Shown: positions 10,399-20,684, counted from the first letter of the stretch. The stretch: 53,854 bases of DNA from an uncultured virus (IMG/VR IMGVR_UViG_2778261679_000001) (IMGVR_UViG_2778261679_000001); one strand, 5' to 3'. The notes: generated by a model from the sequence alone, not told the origin. Made by a program: numbers and translations.

Positions 10399-10552
10399 AA
10401 AATCATAAAATCCCTTTCAAATCTGGAGCCTTTTTGGGTTCAAGATAAACTTAAAAAAGGTGCAAAATACAAAGGAAATATTGCTTAATCACTTCACTTT
10501 TTAGTTATTTTTATTTATAATATAGGCACTTAACCAATGAGAGGAAATTTCA

Positions 10553-10768
10553 ATGTCTCTAAATACTTGTCCTTGTGGTAATGAAACAAAAAACAACTAT
10601 ATGTGTTCTCCTTGTATTGAGGATTCTTTTCCCGCTTATCTTGCCGACGAAAATGGCAACGAAATGACAATTGAGGAAGTTATGGCAAACTCCGTTGTCG
10701 TTGACGAACAACCTTCAACTAATGATACAGAGGCTTCTTCGGAAGCCTCTAATCCTTCAGCCTTTTAG
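10553..10768 (+). CDS. small Cys-rich protein
   Basis: CPCG...CSPC; GAGG RBS. Confidence 0.7.
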   Translation: MSLNTCPCGNETKNNYMCSPCIEDSFPAYLADENGNEMTIEEVMANSVVVDEQPSTNDTEASSEASNPSAF

Positions 10769-10838
10769 TAATATTTTCAAATCAACTTGATAAATCTAAA
10801 TTTTTGTTTTAATATCGCAAAAAAAGGAATTATCAAAA

Positions 10839-11435
10839 ATGCAAGAAAACAACTCTGATTTTATTAATTATCCACTTTTAATTGAGAAGGTTAAACGCTC
10901 TTTCTTACGAAAAAAAATCAATGTAAATCATTTTAATTATCTTGATAAAAGAACTGTTCGATCTGCTTTATTTGATTATTTCCTTAAATATCATAGCTTA
11001 GACATTTATGTTAACAAAGTTAACACAAATAATCCTTTCTGCATTAATAATTTACATAAATCCAGTGAATATGCTGTCTTATGGTATTTTGCACACTATT
11101 CTTTCTCTGATATTTATCCTGAAACCATTGACGTAACTAGTGGCGAAGAAAAAGACGAACTGCATTACTATTTAGATAATATTTCTGATTTTAATGGCTT
11201 CCTTAACTCTTATGAATCCCTTCTTGATATGAAAAAAATCAAAGATCACTGTTTTGCAAATGGCTTTAAAAATTTACAAGAACAATATTCTGAGATTCAA
11301 AAGGATATGAATGAAGAATTCAAAGAGTATTATTACTGGTTTTTCATTTGTTTCTCTAAATCAATCGCTTCGAAAGTGCCAAAGCAAATAAAAAAAGAAG
11401 CGTCCGAAATGGTTTTTTTACTTTCAAAGTCTTGA
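10839..11435 (+). CDS. hypothetical protein
   Basis: 198-aa ORF. Confidence 0.75.
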   Translation: MQENNSDFINYPLLIEKVKRSFLRKKINVNHFNYLDKRTVRSALFDYFLKYHSLDIYVNKVNTNNPFCINNLHKSSEYAVLWYFAHYSFSDIYPETIDVTSGEEKDELHYYLDNISDFNGFLNSYESLLDMKKIKDHCFANGFKNLQEQYSEIQKDMNEEFKEYYYWFFICFSKSIASKVPKQIKKEASEMVFLLSKS

Positions 11436-11500
11436 TTCTAAAGGGTTTATTGAAAACTTCCTTTTTTTTCGAAAAAAAAGACAAAAAATGGTTTCTTTTT

Positions 11501-11550
11501 CTTGCTTTTTAAAAATAGGCTTGCTATTATATATCCATAGTCAAGGGGGC
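11501..11550 (+). promoter_or_regulatory. early-type promoter with conserved downstream CATAGTCAAGGGGGC element
   Basis: TTGCTT...TGCTATTAT; same element near 7245, 25198 and 28667. Confidence 0.6.
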
Positions 11551-11599
11551 AACAACGAAACGCTTCCAAATCAATCACTTAAATAGAGAGAACTTCACT

Positions 11600-12085
11600 A
11601 TGACAGCTACTAAAACTACTTCAACTCGTGGTCGTAAATTCAACAAATCAAAATATGCTATCACTCGTGCTTGGGAAATCGCTCGAAACGCAGAAGTAGC
11701 GCATAACACTAACCCAGTAGACGTTGCTCAACGTGGTCTAGTTAAAGCGTCAGAATATTTCGCTATTGCCCTAAAAGAAGCTTGGAAAGAAGCACGTCAA
11801 AAAGCGGCTAAACTTGAAAACATTGAAATGTATGTTCTTCATAAAGTGCCTAAGAAGAACCAGAAAAAGATTCTTAACGCTATCGACATGCTAATCGAAA
11901 CAAAAGCGTCAATTGGTGAAACTCCAACAAACCAAATGATTGCGGAAACTGTTTTCCAAGCACGATACACTACACCGTCAGCTATCAGCTCACACCGTCA
12001 TATCCGTGATTCAATCGCAGAAGTGGCAGCAACAAAAGAGCTATCAGAAGCGGTAATCGGTGAGTCTACTTACTCAGTAGCATAA
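11600..12085 (+). CDS. hypothetical protein with AWxxAR...ALKxAW phage motif
   Basis: RAWEIAR and FAIALKEAWKEAR; strongly biased codons. Confidence 0.8.
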   Translation: MTATKTTSTRGRKFNKSKYAITRAWEIARNAEVAHNTNPVDVAQRGLVKASEYFAIALKEAWKEARQKAAKLENIEMYVLHKVPKKNQKKILNAIDMLIETKASIGETPTNQMIAETVFQARYTTPSAISSHRHIRDSIAEVAATKELSEAVIGESTYSVA

Positions 12086-12212
12086 AACCAAATTAAAGAA
12101 AAAGCCCTTGCATTGCAGGGGCTTTTTTTTGCTTTTAAAAAACAAAATTGCCTGGTTTTTAATCGGATATGCTACTATAATACTATTAGAAACTAACGGA
12201 AAGGTTAAAATT

Positions 12213-12494
12213 ATGAACACTAAGGCAAGAAAAGAAACTATCATTAATATTCATAGAGATTTAAACGCTACTCTGTCAAGCTATAAAGTCACTATTTTAT
12301 TTACATTTATCTTTATTTCTGTTCATACATTATTTTCTTTGTCTTTTAGTAATGAAAATACGTTTGGTTATGAAATTGCTGCTAGAAATTTAATGATCAT
12401 TGCCTTTGGTTTTTTCAATCTATTTATATGTTTCTTAAATGCTGCCACGCACAAAGAAAATCTAAAAAACAACATCGATTTACTTTTGAAATAA
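12213..12494 (+). CDS. two-TM membrane protein
   Basis: AAGG RBS; two hydrophobic segments; resembles next gene. Confidence 0.65.
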   Translation: MNTKARKETIINIHRDLNATLSSYKVTILFTFIFISVHTLFSLSFSNENTFGYEIAARNLMIIAFGFFNLFICFLNAATHKENLKNNIDLLLK

Positions 12495-12506
12495 CAAGGT
12501 TAAAAT

Positions 12507-12806
12507 ATGCTTCTATTTACTCTTAGCGAAACAAATGTAAAACATGAACTTTATCGAAACTATGATTGTTTTAAAAAAGCAAAGAAAAAACTAAATTCTT
12601 TTCTGAGCTTTTACATTTCCTTTATCATTGTCTGTTTCTCGGTTTTAACGGCTGTTGAGGCTCAACCCGTTACATTTGCTATTGCTTTTGTGTTTGCGTT
12701 TTTAGGTTTAATGTTCCTTTTCCCTATTCAACAAGTGTATATGATTAGAAAAGAAAACCTGAATGATTCTGTCGATTATTTTAAGGTCTTGTTAAAACAT
12801 TCTTAA
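12507..12806 (+). CDS. two-TM membrane protein
   Basis: C-terminal KENLNDSVD vs KENLKNNID in previous gene. Confidence 0.65.
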   Translation: MLLFTLSETNVKHELYRNYDCFKKAKKKLNSFLSFYISFIIVCFSVLTAVEAQPVTFAIAFVFAFLGLMFLFPIQQVYMIRKENLNDSVDYFKVLLKHS

Positions 12807-12822
12807 TAACGCAGAGGTCATT

Positions 12823-13017
12823 ATGGGTAGAGTTTCTAGCAAAAAGGCAAGACATATAATGTGTAATGCTTGGAATGCTTCAACAAATGATTGCATAGCT
12901 CATGTGGTTCGTGGTAAAATAGTGTTCAACTTTGGGTTAGACGAAAGAATCCCATATAACTATGTTGTCACCGATCCCGTTTCTTTAATAGGCGAAAAAT
13001 TAAAGGTTAAAAAATGA
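12823..13017 (+). CDS. hypothetical protein
   Basis: GAGG RBS. Confidence 0.6.
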   Translation: MGRVSSKKARHIMCNAWNASTNDCIAHVVRGKIVFNFGLDERIPYNYVVTDPVSLIGEKLKVKK

Positions 13018-13262
13018 AATATTTAGTTCACTTCATTACCAACGAAAAAGCACAACTTGGCGAAAATCGCTATGCCAATGCTGTAATTACTGCCCCTACA
13101 AAAGAACAGGCTATTAAACAGGCTTCATTTCGTCCACATTTTAAAGAAGCTTTCTTAGTCGTTGTTAAGCACCATAGTCGAATTGAAAAAGTTATTGACG
13201 CTATGGTTGCTAAATATGGACACCATGACGGAATCCATGACATTCGAAAAGAAACAGCTTAA
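13014..13262 (+). CDS. hypothetical protein
   Basis: ATGA overlap; terminator follows. Confidence 0.7.
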   Translation: MKYLVHFITNEKAQLGENRYANAVITAPTKEQAIKQASFRPHFKEAFLVVVKHHSRIEKVIDAMVAKYGHHDGIHDIRKETA

Positions 13263-13356
13263 ATTATTTAAAAAAAGACCTTTTCTAAGGTCTTTTTTTG
13301 TTTTATTGTTTTATTTTTGCTATAATTAAGTCCTACCAATTAATCAGGATAGAACA

Positions 13357-13950
13357 ATGCCTAAGCAATACAAAATCAAAGCAGAACTAAACAACATGAC
13401 TCTTACTGTTTTCTCTGAAAGTCGTTATGGTAAAGATTTTCTTGGACGTATTATCTTTATGTCTACTGAAAATAATTCTTCTGTCTATCAAATTTCATGT
13501 GTTGTTTCTCGTAAAGGTTTTGGCTTTATGACATATCAATGTTTGCTTATGGCTGCAAAAATTAACGGCTTCACTGTTTGTAGTGATCGTGACACTGAAA
13601 CAACTGAAACTTGCTTTATTCTTTGGAATAAGCTTCACAAGCTTGATAAAGCAATTCGCAACCCTTTATCTGAAAAACTAAACCATAAGTTTTTAGAGTT
13701 CACCTCAGAGGAAGAATCACCAGAAATGTTTGCTTCTTATTCATTAGAACCTACGCCCTATTTCCTAGATAATTTCGGTGTTGTCAAGGAAGATAGTTTT
13801 GCAGAAACAGCCAAAGAACAAGGTTGGGATGATTTTTTTGAAAAAGCTTATTATTCAAATGACGCTGAATATCGAGAGGAAAACCATTTTATTGATGCTG
13901 ATTTTCCAATGAATATTGAAGTCGATAAATCACACGAAATTGTCTATTGA
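13357..13950 (+). CDS. hypothetical protein, possible GNAT-like fold
   Basis: RKGFGFMTY resembles an acetyl-CoA binding loop. Confidence 0.6.
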   Translation: MPKQYKIKAELNNMTLTVFSESRYGKDFLGRIIFMSTENNSSVYQISCVVSRKGFGFMTYQCLLMAAKINGFTVCSDRDTETTETCFILWNKLHKLDKAIRNPLSEKLNHKFLEFTSEEESPEMFASYSLEPTPYFLDNFGVVKEDSFAETAKEQGWDDFFEKAYYSNDAEYREENHFIDADFPMNIEVDKSHEIVY

Positions 13951-14019
13951 TTTCTTGCTTTGTTGTTTTATTTTTTGTATAATAAATCCAAGTTAATTAA
14001 AAGAGTTAGAGAATAAATT

Positions 14020-14454
14020 ATGCCAATACTATCAATTAAAAATCAACTAAAAATCGTTTCTTTTGACGCAGAAGATGCAGTAATCAATGTTGCAAAAGGT
14101 GATTTTGAAGTCTTTGGAGCTGTTGAAGAAATCAATCTTGTTCTTCAAGGTCAAGAGTTTGATATTGAATCTGCAAATTGGGAATATGTTTACGAAGACG
14201 ATCCTGAAAATGCTTCTATTTTCTCTGACTACTGTGTTCTTGCGGTTACAGACAGTAAAGATACTGGCTATCAAGTTGTAGACCCTTACAATGCGATTGA
14301 CGAAGTTGATAACTACAAACATTGTGACAATTTTGGTCTTTTTGAGATTCCTTGTGGCAATGGAGGTTGTTGTTTTATTTACACAGCTAAAAATGATTCT
14401 GGTGAAATCATTGCTGTTAAAGTTTGTGGTGTTCACCCCGAAGATATGGAATAA
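14020..14454 (+). CDS. hypothetical acidic protein
   Basis: 144-aa ORF; terminator follows. Confidence 0.75.
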   Translation: MPILSIKNQLKIVSFDAEDAVINVAKGDFEVFGAVEEINLVLQGQEFDIESANWEYVYEDDPENASIFSDYCVLAVTDSKDTGYQVVDPYNAIDEVDNYKHCDNFGLFEIPCGNGGCCFIYTAKNDSGEIIAVKVCGVHPEDME

Positions 14455-14719
14455 TGCCAATTTAACCAATTAAACGCCCTGTTACGCAGGGCGTTTTTTT
14501 TTATTTTTTTTCCTTGCTTTTCTTTGTCTACTAACCTATAATTACTCTTAGATTAAGCAAACAAATAAGCCTTAGTCCAAGGTTGACAACCTAGCCGCTC
14601 TTACACTTGGTAAATCGTCTTTATACTACAAAAAAAGAAACTTTCACTTTATCTTAATTGATATTTGAAAGCTAACGAAAAGAGCAAGTTTATCAAATCA
14701 AACTTTTAGGAAAAACAAA

Positions 14720-15289
14720 ATGAAAGCTAAAAATCTATTTTCTCTACTTACTCGCAAAGAACTAACCAACATCGCTACCGAAATTGCTAACTGCAAAGTT
14801 CACGGTATGAAAGTAAAAGCAAATCAATTTATTGAAGCTATCGCACAAATGAACGGCAAAGGTTCAGAAGCTTTACTTAATGATATGAATAATGAATCAT
14901 TGTTCTCGTTTAATGACTTACACGCTATCTTTGACCATTCTTCTGGTGAAACTGCACTTGCTGCTATTGGCTTCTCTATATCTGTTAACGGTTTCTGGGA
15001 TCGCAGTAAAATCCGTGTGTGTGAAGGCACATTTGAAGAGAACTCTATCTTTATGCGTGATGTCCGTGTTGAATTTACGGGTTCTTCTAATGGCGTTGAT
15101 AATGATATTGACCTATCAACCAATGAACGCAATAGAAACTTACGTATGGCTATCAACGCAGCCTTTGAGCTTGCAGAAACAATCAACTCTAACAAAAGAC
15201 AAATCAAAAGTGAAAAAGATCTTCAAAAGCTAATTCAGGAAGAATGGGAAATTCGACATATTCAAAAAGAAAAAGCAACTGTCTTATAA
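14720..15289 (+). CDS. hypothetical protein with long structured leader
   Basis: AGGA RBS; promoter ~175 nt upstream. Confidence 0.75.
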   Translation: MKAKNLFSLLTRKELTNIATEIANCKVHGMKVKANQFIEAIAQMNGKGSEALLNDMNNESLFSFNDLHAIFDHSSGETALAAIGFSISVNGFWDRSKIRVCEGTFEENSIFMRDVRVEFTGSSNGVDNDIDLSTNERNRNLRMAINAAFELAETINSNKRQIKSEKDLQKLIQEEWEIRHIQKEKATVL

Positions 15290-15369
15290 TCTTAACATTA
15301 GAAGCCTTGATTCACTCAAGGCTTTGTTATACAATCAGACTATTAAATATTCTCTACAAGGAATAACCT

Positions 15370-15591
15370 ATGAAAACAAGTCTAGAAGTTTTGCTTGAAA
15401 TTCACACTACGTATGCTGCTAATGTTGGCGGTAATTATCAAAGTGCAACCCTTTCTTTGAAAAAAGCTATGGATAATGGTTCATTGCATTCTGATATTGA
15501 AAAACTTGTTAAAAAACATGATCAATGGTCAAAAGACGTTGGTGGTAATTATCGTGATCTTGTTAAAACACTCAAAAAATTTGTTTCTTAG
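15370..15591 (+). CDS. small protein with internal repeat
   Basis: H...VGGNY occurs twice. Confidence 0.75.
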   Translation: MKTSLEVLLEIHTTYAANVGGNYQSATLSLKKAMDNGSLHSDIEKLVKKHDQWSKDVGGNYRDLVKTLKKFVS

Positions 15592-15602
15592 GGGGGGGGT
15601 AT

Positions 15603-15974
15603 ATGGTTGAATTTTTAGACGAATCAGAAGAATTTTTAAAACTACAGCAGTCAAATGCATTGGTTCGTAATCAAGTTCGTCAGATATTAAGATCTTCAGA
15701 ATGCGACGAAGAAATCGAGAGAAAGAAAAAGCAACGATTAGAAAAAAGTTTTGTTCAGTTTAAAAAGTTTCTCAATAAAAACTTATCTGCCCTTTCTCAT
15801 TATAAAATTGATATTGTTATTAACTGGTCTATTCGAATCCTTATTGGACAAGAAAAAGAATGGCTGTCCAGAACAACCTTTGAAGAACGAAAACGAATGG
15901 AAATGTTTCTTATTTTAGAAAATAAAGACCCAAAAGATATACACAATAAAAAGACATTAGAAGCAAAATTCTAA
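15603..15974 (+). CDS. hypothetical protein
   Basis: Preceded by a G9 tract. Confidence 0.7.
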   Translation: MVEFLDESEEFLKLQQSNALVRNQVRQILRSSECDEEIERKKKQRLEKSFVQFKKFLNKNLSALSHYKIDIVINWSIRILIGQEKEWLSRTTFEERKRMEMFLILENKDPKDIHNKKTLEAKF

Positions 15975-16035
15975 ACCAATAAGATTTAGTGTTGATTTTT
16001 GTTTTTAAACTTGATAATATATAGTCTCTTTCCTA

Positions 16036-16299
16036 ATGACAAACAAGGTTATTGAAATGATCAAGAATCAAGCAAAAATTGAAGAATTCCAAATTGACGT
16101 TCGCACTACACTAGACCCAGTGTGTGAGTATTCAGACGCTTATAAAAAACTTCAACATATTCGAAGCGAAGCAATGAAAACGCTTGAAGCAACAGAAGAA
16201 GAAGTTGCTGAACTAATGGAATTACATTTCGGAAACTGTCTTGAAATCGATGACGCACTTATTGCAATCTACCCTGAACAATTCGGTGATCGTGAATAA
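16036..16299 (+). CDS. hypothetical protein, copy 1 (true start may be 16057)
   Basis: Paralog of next gene with identical C-terminus. Confidence 0.8.
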   Translation: MTNKVIEMIKNQAKIEEFQIDVRTTLDPVCEYSDAYKKLQHIRSEAMKTLEATEEEVAELMELHFGNCLEIDDALIAIYPEQFGDRE

Positions 16300-16532
16300 C
16301 AAAGCGTATACATAATCAAACTTAAAGAGCTTTTTGTTTCGCACACCAAGCTCTTTTTTGTTATAATATCACCATAAAAAATAATAGAGAGATTGCAAAA
16401 TAATTAAACTATTCAACACTTTTTTGAATTCCCTAAAACTTCTTCAATATTTTATAAAATTATTCAATTTGTTTTTTTTGTTTTAGTATTGATTTTTGTT
16501 TTTAAACTTGATAATATATAGTCTCTTTCCTA

Positions 16533-16796
16533 ATGGCAAACAAGGTTACTAAAATGATTAACAATCCAGAAAAAATTGAAAATTTTCAAATTAATGTTCG
16601 TATCGCACTAGACCCAATTTCTGATTATTCTGAAGCTTATGGAAAGCTTCAAGAAATCCGAAATGAAGCAATTGAAACACTTGACGCCACAAATGAAGAA
16701 GTCGCTGAAATGATGGAATCTCATTTTGGAAATTGCCTTGAAATCGATGACGCACTTATTGCAATCTACCCTGAACAATTCGGTGATCGTGAATAA
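16533..16796 (+). CDS. hypothetical protein, copy 2 (true start may be 16554)
   Basis: Paralog of previous gene. Confidence 0.8.
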   Translation: MANKVTKMINNPEKIENFQINVRIALDPISDYSEAYGKLQEIRNEAIETLDATNEEVAEMMESHFGNCLEIDDALIAIYPEQFGDRE

Positions 16797-16896
16797 TAAA
16801 GTATATACATAATTAAACTTAAAGAGCTTTTTGTTTTACACATTAGGCTCTTTTTTTTTATAATAACAACATTAAAAACAATAGCGAGATTCGATT

Positions 16897-17616
16897 ATGA
16901 AAAAAATCATTAATTCCCTTATCAAAGAATTATCAGACACAGCTACTATTCAACTAATTCAAAAGCCCGACAATGAAAATCGAATTTTTTTGAAACTTAC
17001 CTTTCACAATTCTCAATTCTTTGTTCCATTTAAACTTCAGTTTGCCAAATATAATTGCGCTTATTATTTCGAAGATTTTTGTTCCGACTCCAATACTTCA
17101 AAAAATAATCTCTTCAATATTGTAGAACAGGCTTATAGAAAACATAACAATGTTCAAATAAATGACTCTGGAAATTATTTAGTTAGCGTTTGGATTAAAA
17201 AAAGACGAGTCTCATTTTTTGAAGAACTTTCTAAATCTGAATATTTTTCACGAGTTCTACGTCATTATGAGACAGTTTTTAATTCTTTAATACCAAAAAT
17301 TGAAAAAGAAGTATCAACCACATTCCAAAACAATGCAGAAAATCTTTTTGACCTTGGTTTTTCGACAATAAACCTTGTTAAGAGATATCCTGAATTATTT
17401 CCTAATAGCAATCTGTTTATAGGTAAGGTCGATATTGATTCTTTTGATTTGCTTTATAAAGACGTTTTAAATTACGATTCAAAACAAGGGATTTCAGTTT
17501 ATAAAACTCCTGACGGTTATCTTTATGCCGAGGGTGATTCTGATTTCATTTTTATCAAAGCTCGATTCTTGAAAAATCTTTTTATAACCGAAGAACCCTT
17601 AGAACTCGAACCTTGA
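16897..17616 (+). CDS. hypothetical protein
   Basis: 239-aa ORF. Confidence 0.75.
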   Translation: MKKIINSLIKELSDTATIQLIQKPDNENRIFLKLTFHNSQFFVPFKLQFAKYNCAYYFEDFCSDSNTSKNNLFNIVEQAYRKHNNVQINDSGNYLVSVWIKKRRVSFFEELSKSEYFSRVLRHYETVFNSLIPKIEKEVSTTFQNNAENLFDLGFSTINLVKRYPELFPNSNLFIGKVDIDSFDLLYKDVLNYDSKQGISVYKTPDGYLYAEGDSDFIFIKARFLKNLFITEEPLELEP

Positions 17617-17724
17617 TTTTATTTTAAATTTAGTATCTTTTTTGCTCATGTTTCTTGATTTTTAAAAGAAAGTCGCATATAATATATTCATTCGATTGGC
17701 AAACCCTACTTTGGAGATATTTTT

Positions 17725-17940
17725 ATGGGACGCAAAACAAAAGCGCAAAAGAAAAAATTATCTGGTAAAGCATTGTCTAAGCAGGAGCAAGCGCAAGCTT
17801 CTAAGCCTCGCAACGAGTTGGTTCGCCAAATAGTTGAGCAAGGCGGCATAGGTGGTGCAGGTAAACACCGTGATCGTCGTTACGAAGCCAAAAATGGTGG
17901 TCGTCAAAAACACAAAGGCAAAGATTACGACGAGTATTAA
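17725..17940 (+). CDS. small basic Gly/Lys/Arg-rich protein, possibly ArfA-like
   Basis: PRNELVR...AGKHRDRR...RQKHKG; GGAG RBS. Confidence 0.7.
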   Translation: MGRKTKAQKKKLSGKALSKQEQAQASKPRNELVRQIVEQGGIGGAGKHRDRRYEAKNGGRQKHKGKDYDEY

Positions 17941-18194
17941 ACAGATATTAAAGAGCGACTCAATTGAGTCGTTTTTTTTATTTTTCCTTTTTTTGTTGCA
18001 AAAAAAAGAGACATTCAATGCCTCTTTTCTTTTTTTATTATTTGAATTTCGAAATTTGAACCTTTCAAAACTCTAGCTGTTCATGTGCCAATTGCTCATA
18101 ATCAAGCATTCAACCAAATCTTCAGGGGGTTGCAAGAGGACTTTTATTATAGCATAAAAAAACGACCCTTTCGAGTCGTTTTTCTTTATTTGTT

Positions 18195-19289
18195 TTATTT
18201 TTTTCTACGCAAGGTCAATAAACTAAGACCAAGTAAAGTAAGTAATCCAGTAGAACCACCCGAATCACCTGAATTACTTGAATCAACACTTGAGCTTGTT
18301 TTACCTGTATACCAATCACTATAATTAGCCCCATCACCATTTGACACATAACCACCGTCATCCGTAGCTGCATTGTAGTTCAATGGAGTGCCACCATACA
18401 TATAAGATAGAATCCAATCACGGTAAAATTCGATGTCTGTATATGCTGCTGCTGAACTTACTCTACAATTAGAAGGTCCGTATGAGGTTAGACCAATTTG
18501 TTGATAATTACCGTCTTTTAGATAGGTTATAGGACCGCCTGAGTCACCTCTACAAGTATCACCGCCAATCAAAGAACTACTGTGTAATTTTGCACAAAGA
18601 ATATTCGAATCATTGCCAAAATTAGCACATTCATCGTCTAAAACATATTCTAAGTCTGCTTCTTTTACTTGTGACGGTTGAGCACCAAAACCTGTATCAC
18701 CTAAACCGAAAGCCCTTAGTGTGTTACCTACGGTTGCATATTCACTTACATGTGTTGCGTCAGGTAAAGTAATAGATTGAACATTATCTGTAATCGGATA
18801 TTTAAGCTTCACTACTGCAACATCACCAAAATAAAACATAAGTGTGCCATAATCTTCATGAATTTGAATTGATTCAACTTCTTTCAGCTCCGATCTCTGT
18901 ATACCCATCATTGGATTACGAACAACAACACGCATTCTATAATCTTCGGTAATACCTAATTCGTCTTCAGCAACGCAGTGTGCTGCAGTTAGAATATGCC
19001 TATCGTCGAGAATTGACGCACCACAGATATTTGAATACGCATAGCCATAATCCACAATGATTCTCGCAAAAAACTTATGGTCTTCGGGATCGGCTGTTTG
19101 ACCACCAAAAATATAAGCGGCAAAATCATTGCTTTGTTCCGCAATAAAAGCTTTTTCTTCTTCTAATGATACTTCACTAGACACAAAAGAAATTTTTTCT
19201 CTCTCACCAGTAGACACTTTATACTCTTCTGCTGCGAGAGCAGAACACGATAAAACCATTCCTAAAAGACAAGCAATTTTACGCTTCAT
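18195..19289 (-). CDS. trypsin-like (S1) serine protease with signal peptide and GlyGly-CTERM sorting signal
   Basis: LTAAHC, GDVAVV and GDSGGP triad motifs; C-terminal SGGSTG + hydrophobic stretch + RRKK. Confidence 0.9.
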   Translation of the reverse strand: MKRKIACLLGMVLSCSALAAEEYKVSTGEREKISFVSSEVSLEEEKAFIAEQSNDFAAYIFGGQTADPEDHKFFARIIVDYGYAYSNICGASILDDRHILTAAHCVAEDELGITEDYRMRVVVRNPMMGIQRSELKEVESIQIHEDYGTLMFYFGDVAVVKLKYPITDNVQSITLPDATHVSEYATVGNTLRAFGLGDTGFGAQPSQVKEADLEYVLDDECANFGNDSNILCAKLHSSSLIGGDTCRGDSGGPITYLKDGNYQQIGLTSYGPSNCRVSSAAAYTDIEFYRDWILSYMYGGTPLNYNAATDDGGYVSNGDGANYSDWYTGKTSSSVDSSNSGDSGGSTGLLTLLGLSLLTLRRKK

Positions 19290-19479
19290 TTTTTAACCTT
19301 ATATGTTGTTTTTGTAGTTGCTTATATTATAGCATTTTTCCATTCATTTTTTCAATATTTAATTTGTCTTATTTATAAAAAGAACCTAAGTTTTTGTTTT
19401 TCTTCTTTGTTTTTTTTATTGTTGACTTTTCAACTCATTTTTGATAATATAGTTTTTTCTAAATCAAAGAGATTAAAAA

Positions 19480-19665
19480 ATGTCTAAATATTACATTAAA
19501 AATGATGACAACGGTAAGTTCCTTTACATTGACGAAGACGAAACTCATATCGAAGAGGTAGATAGAACTTCATTTGCTTCAGATTATGAATCGTTTCGTG
19601 TTGCAAACACTATTCGAAAAATCATTCTAGACAGGTTCCCTATGGCAAACGTTGTTTGTTCCTAA
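19480..19665 (+). CDS. hypothetical protein
   Basis: Promoter and GAGA RBS. Confidence 0.65.
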   Translation: MSKYYIKNDDNGKFLYIDEDETHIEEVDRTSFASDYESFRVANTIRKIILDRFPMANVVCS

Positions 19666-19812
19666 TTTTTTGTTCAAGCTAATTAACTGGTTTATCAAAT
19701 AGTCTGATTCTACTTATTTTTACACTTTAAAAGAAAAAATAAAAAGGTTGTGTTTTTTTCTTTTTTTGTGTATTATTACTCTATCTTAAATAAAGCCGAC
19801 AAAGGTATTGAA

Positions 19813-20601
19813 ATGCAACTATCTAAACTACTTCTTGAAAATGGTATTGATCTTAAAAAACGTCTTTCTTTTGGTGAAACTGTTGAAAAAACATTCCCGA
19901 TTAAGGTCGATCAGGTTGATTTTGATATCACAGCAACTCTAAGTTGCAAAGGTGAAATCGAACTTTACTGTAAGACACCTATCAGCAGCTTTCCTAAACG
20001 TTTTATTGTTTCTTATGACGAATATCATAAAGTAACAAGTAAGCGTTCTCGAATCAATATTTCAGAAGATTTTAGCCTTTCTGGTAGCCGTGACAATTTA
20101 GATAATGTAATTGCTATGGCTAAATTCAACATTCTTATTGCCGAGTTCATTAAAGAAATTGTTGCAGACGAAGATATCTTAGCTGTCTTTGAAAGCAATT
20201 GTGAAGACTTCCGATTGGCGGTTGACCAAAGAAACGAAGAAAACAAACTTAAACGTAAAGTTGAGAAACAAGCTCGTAAAGTTGAGTTTGAAGCAAATGA
20301 GACAATTCTTACTGATAAAGAAATCTCTAAGCTTATTCGTGACGTAAAAGCTAAAAGTGAATCAGAGTATTGCAAACCTGCGTCTATCGTTTTTAAAGTC
20401 ATTAATGATAGCTATGAAGTGCGCTTTGTTCGTGTTACATACAAAAATAGCAACCTTCATGTTCAGCACGGAACTAAACTTGACGACGTTCCACAAGAAA
20501 TGGCTCGAAACCATAATAAATCAACGCTTCGTAATGCAAAAGATCGCTTATTCGGAAAAGCGTTTGCAATTGCCGAAGATAAAATCAGAGAAAACGCTTA
20601 A
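19813..20601 (+). CDS. hypothetical protein
   Basis: Start moved to the ATG after AAGG RBS. Confidence 0.75.
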   Translation: MQLSKLLLENGIDLKKRLSFGETVEKTFPIKVDQVDFDITATLSCKGEIELYCKTPISSFPKRFIVSYDEYHKVTSKRSRINISEDFSLSGSRDNLDNVIAMAKFNILIAEFIKEIVADEDILAVFESNCEDFRLAVDQRNEENKLKRKVEKQARKVEFEANETILTDKEISKLIRDVKAKSESEYCKPASIVFKVINDSYEVRFVRVTYKNSNLHVQHGTKLDDVPQEMARNHNKSTLRNAKDRLFGKAFAIAEDKIRENA

Positions 20602-20684
20602 TTAAAAGACAAAAAGCCTTGCTTGCTGCGAGGCTTTGTTTTATAATTACCTTAAATCAACCAAACAAAGAAAAGAGGTTTTTC

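Larger units (their letters stand above)
15986..16891 (+). repeat. tandem duplication (~497-bp period) of promoter + gene + terminator
   Basis: TTGATTTTTGTTTTTAAACTTGATAATATATAGTCTCTTTCCTAATG and the gene 3' end recur 497 bp apart. Confidence 0.9.
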
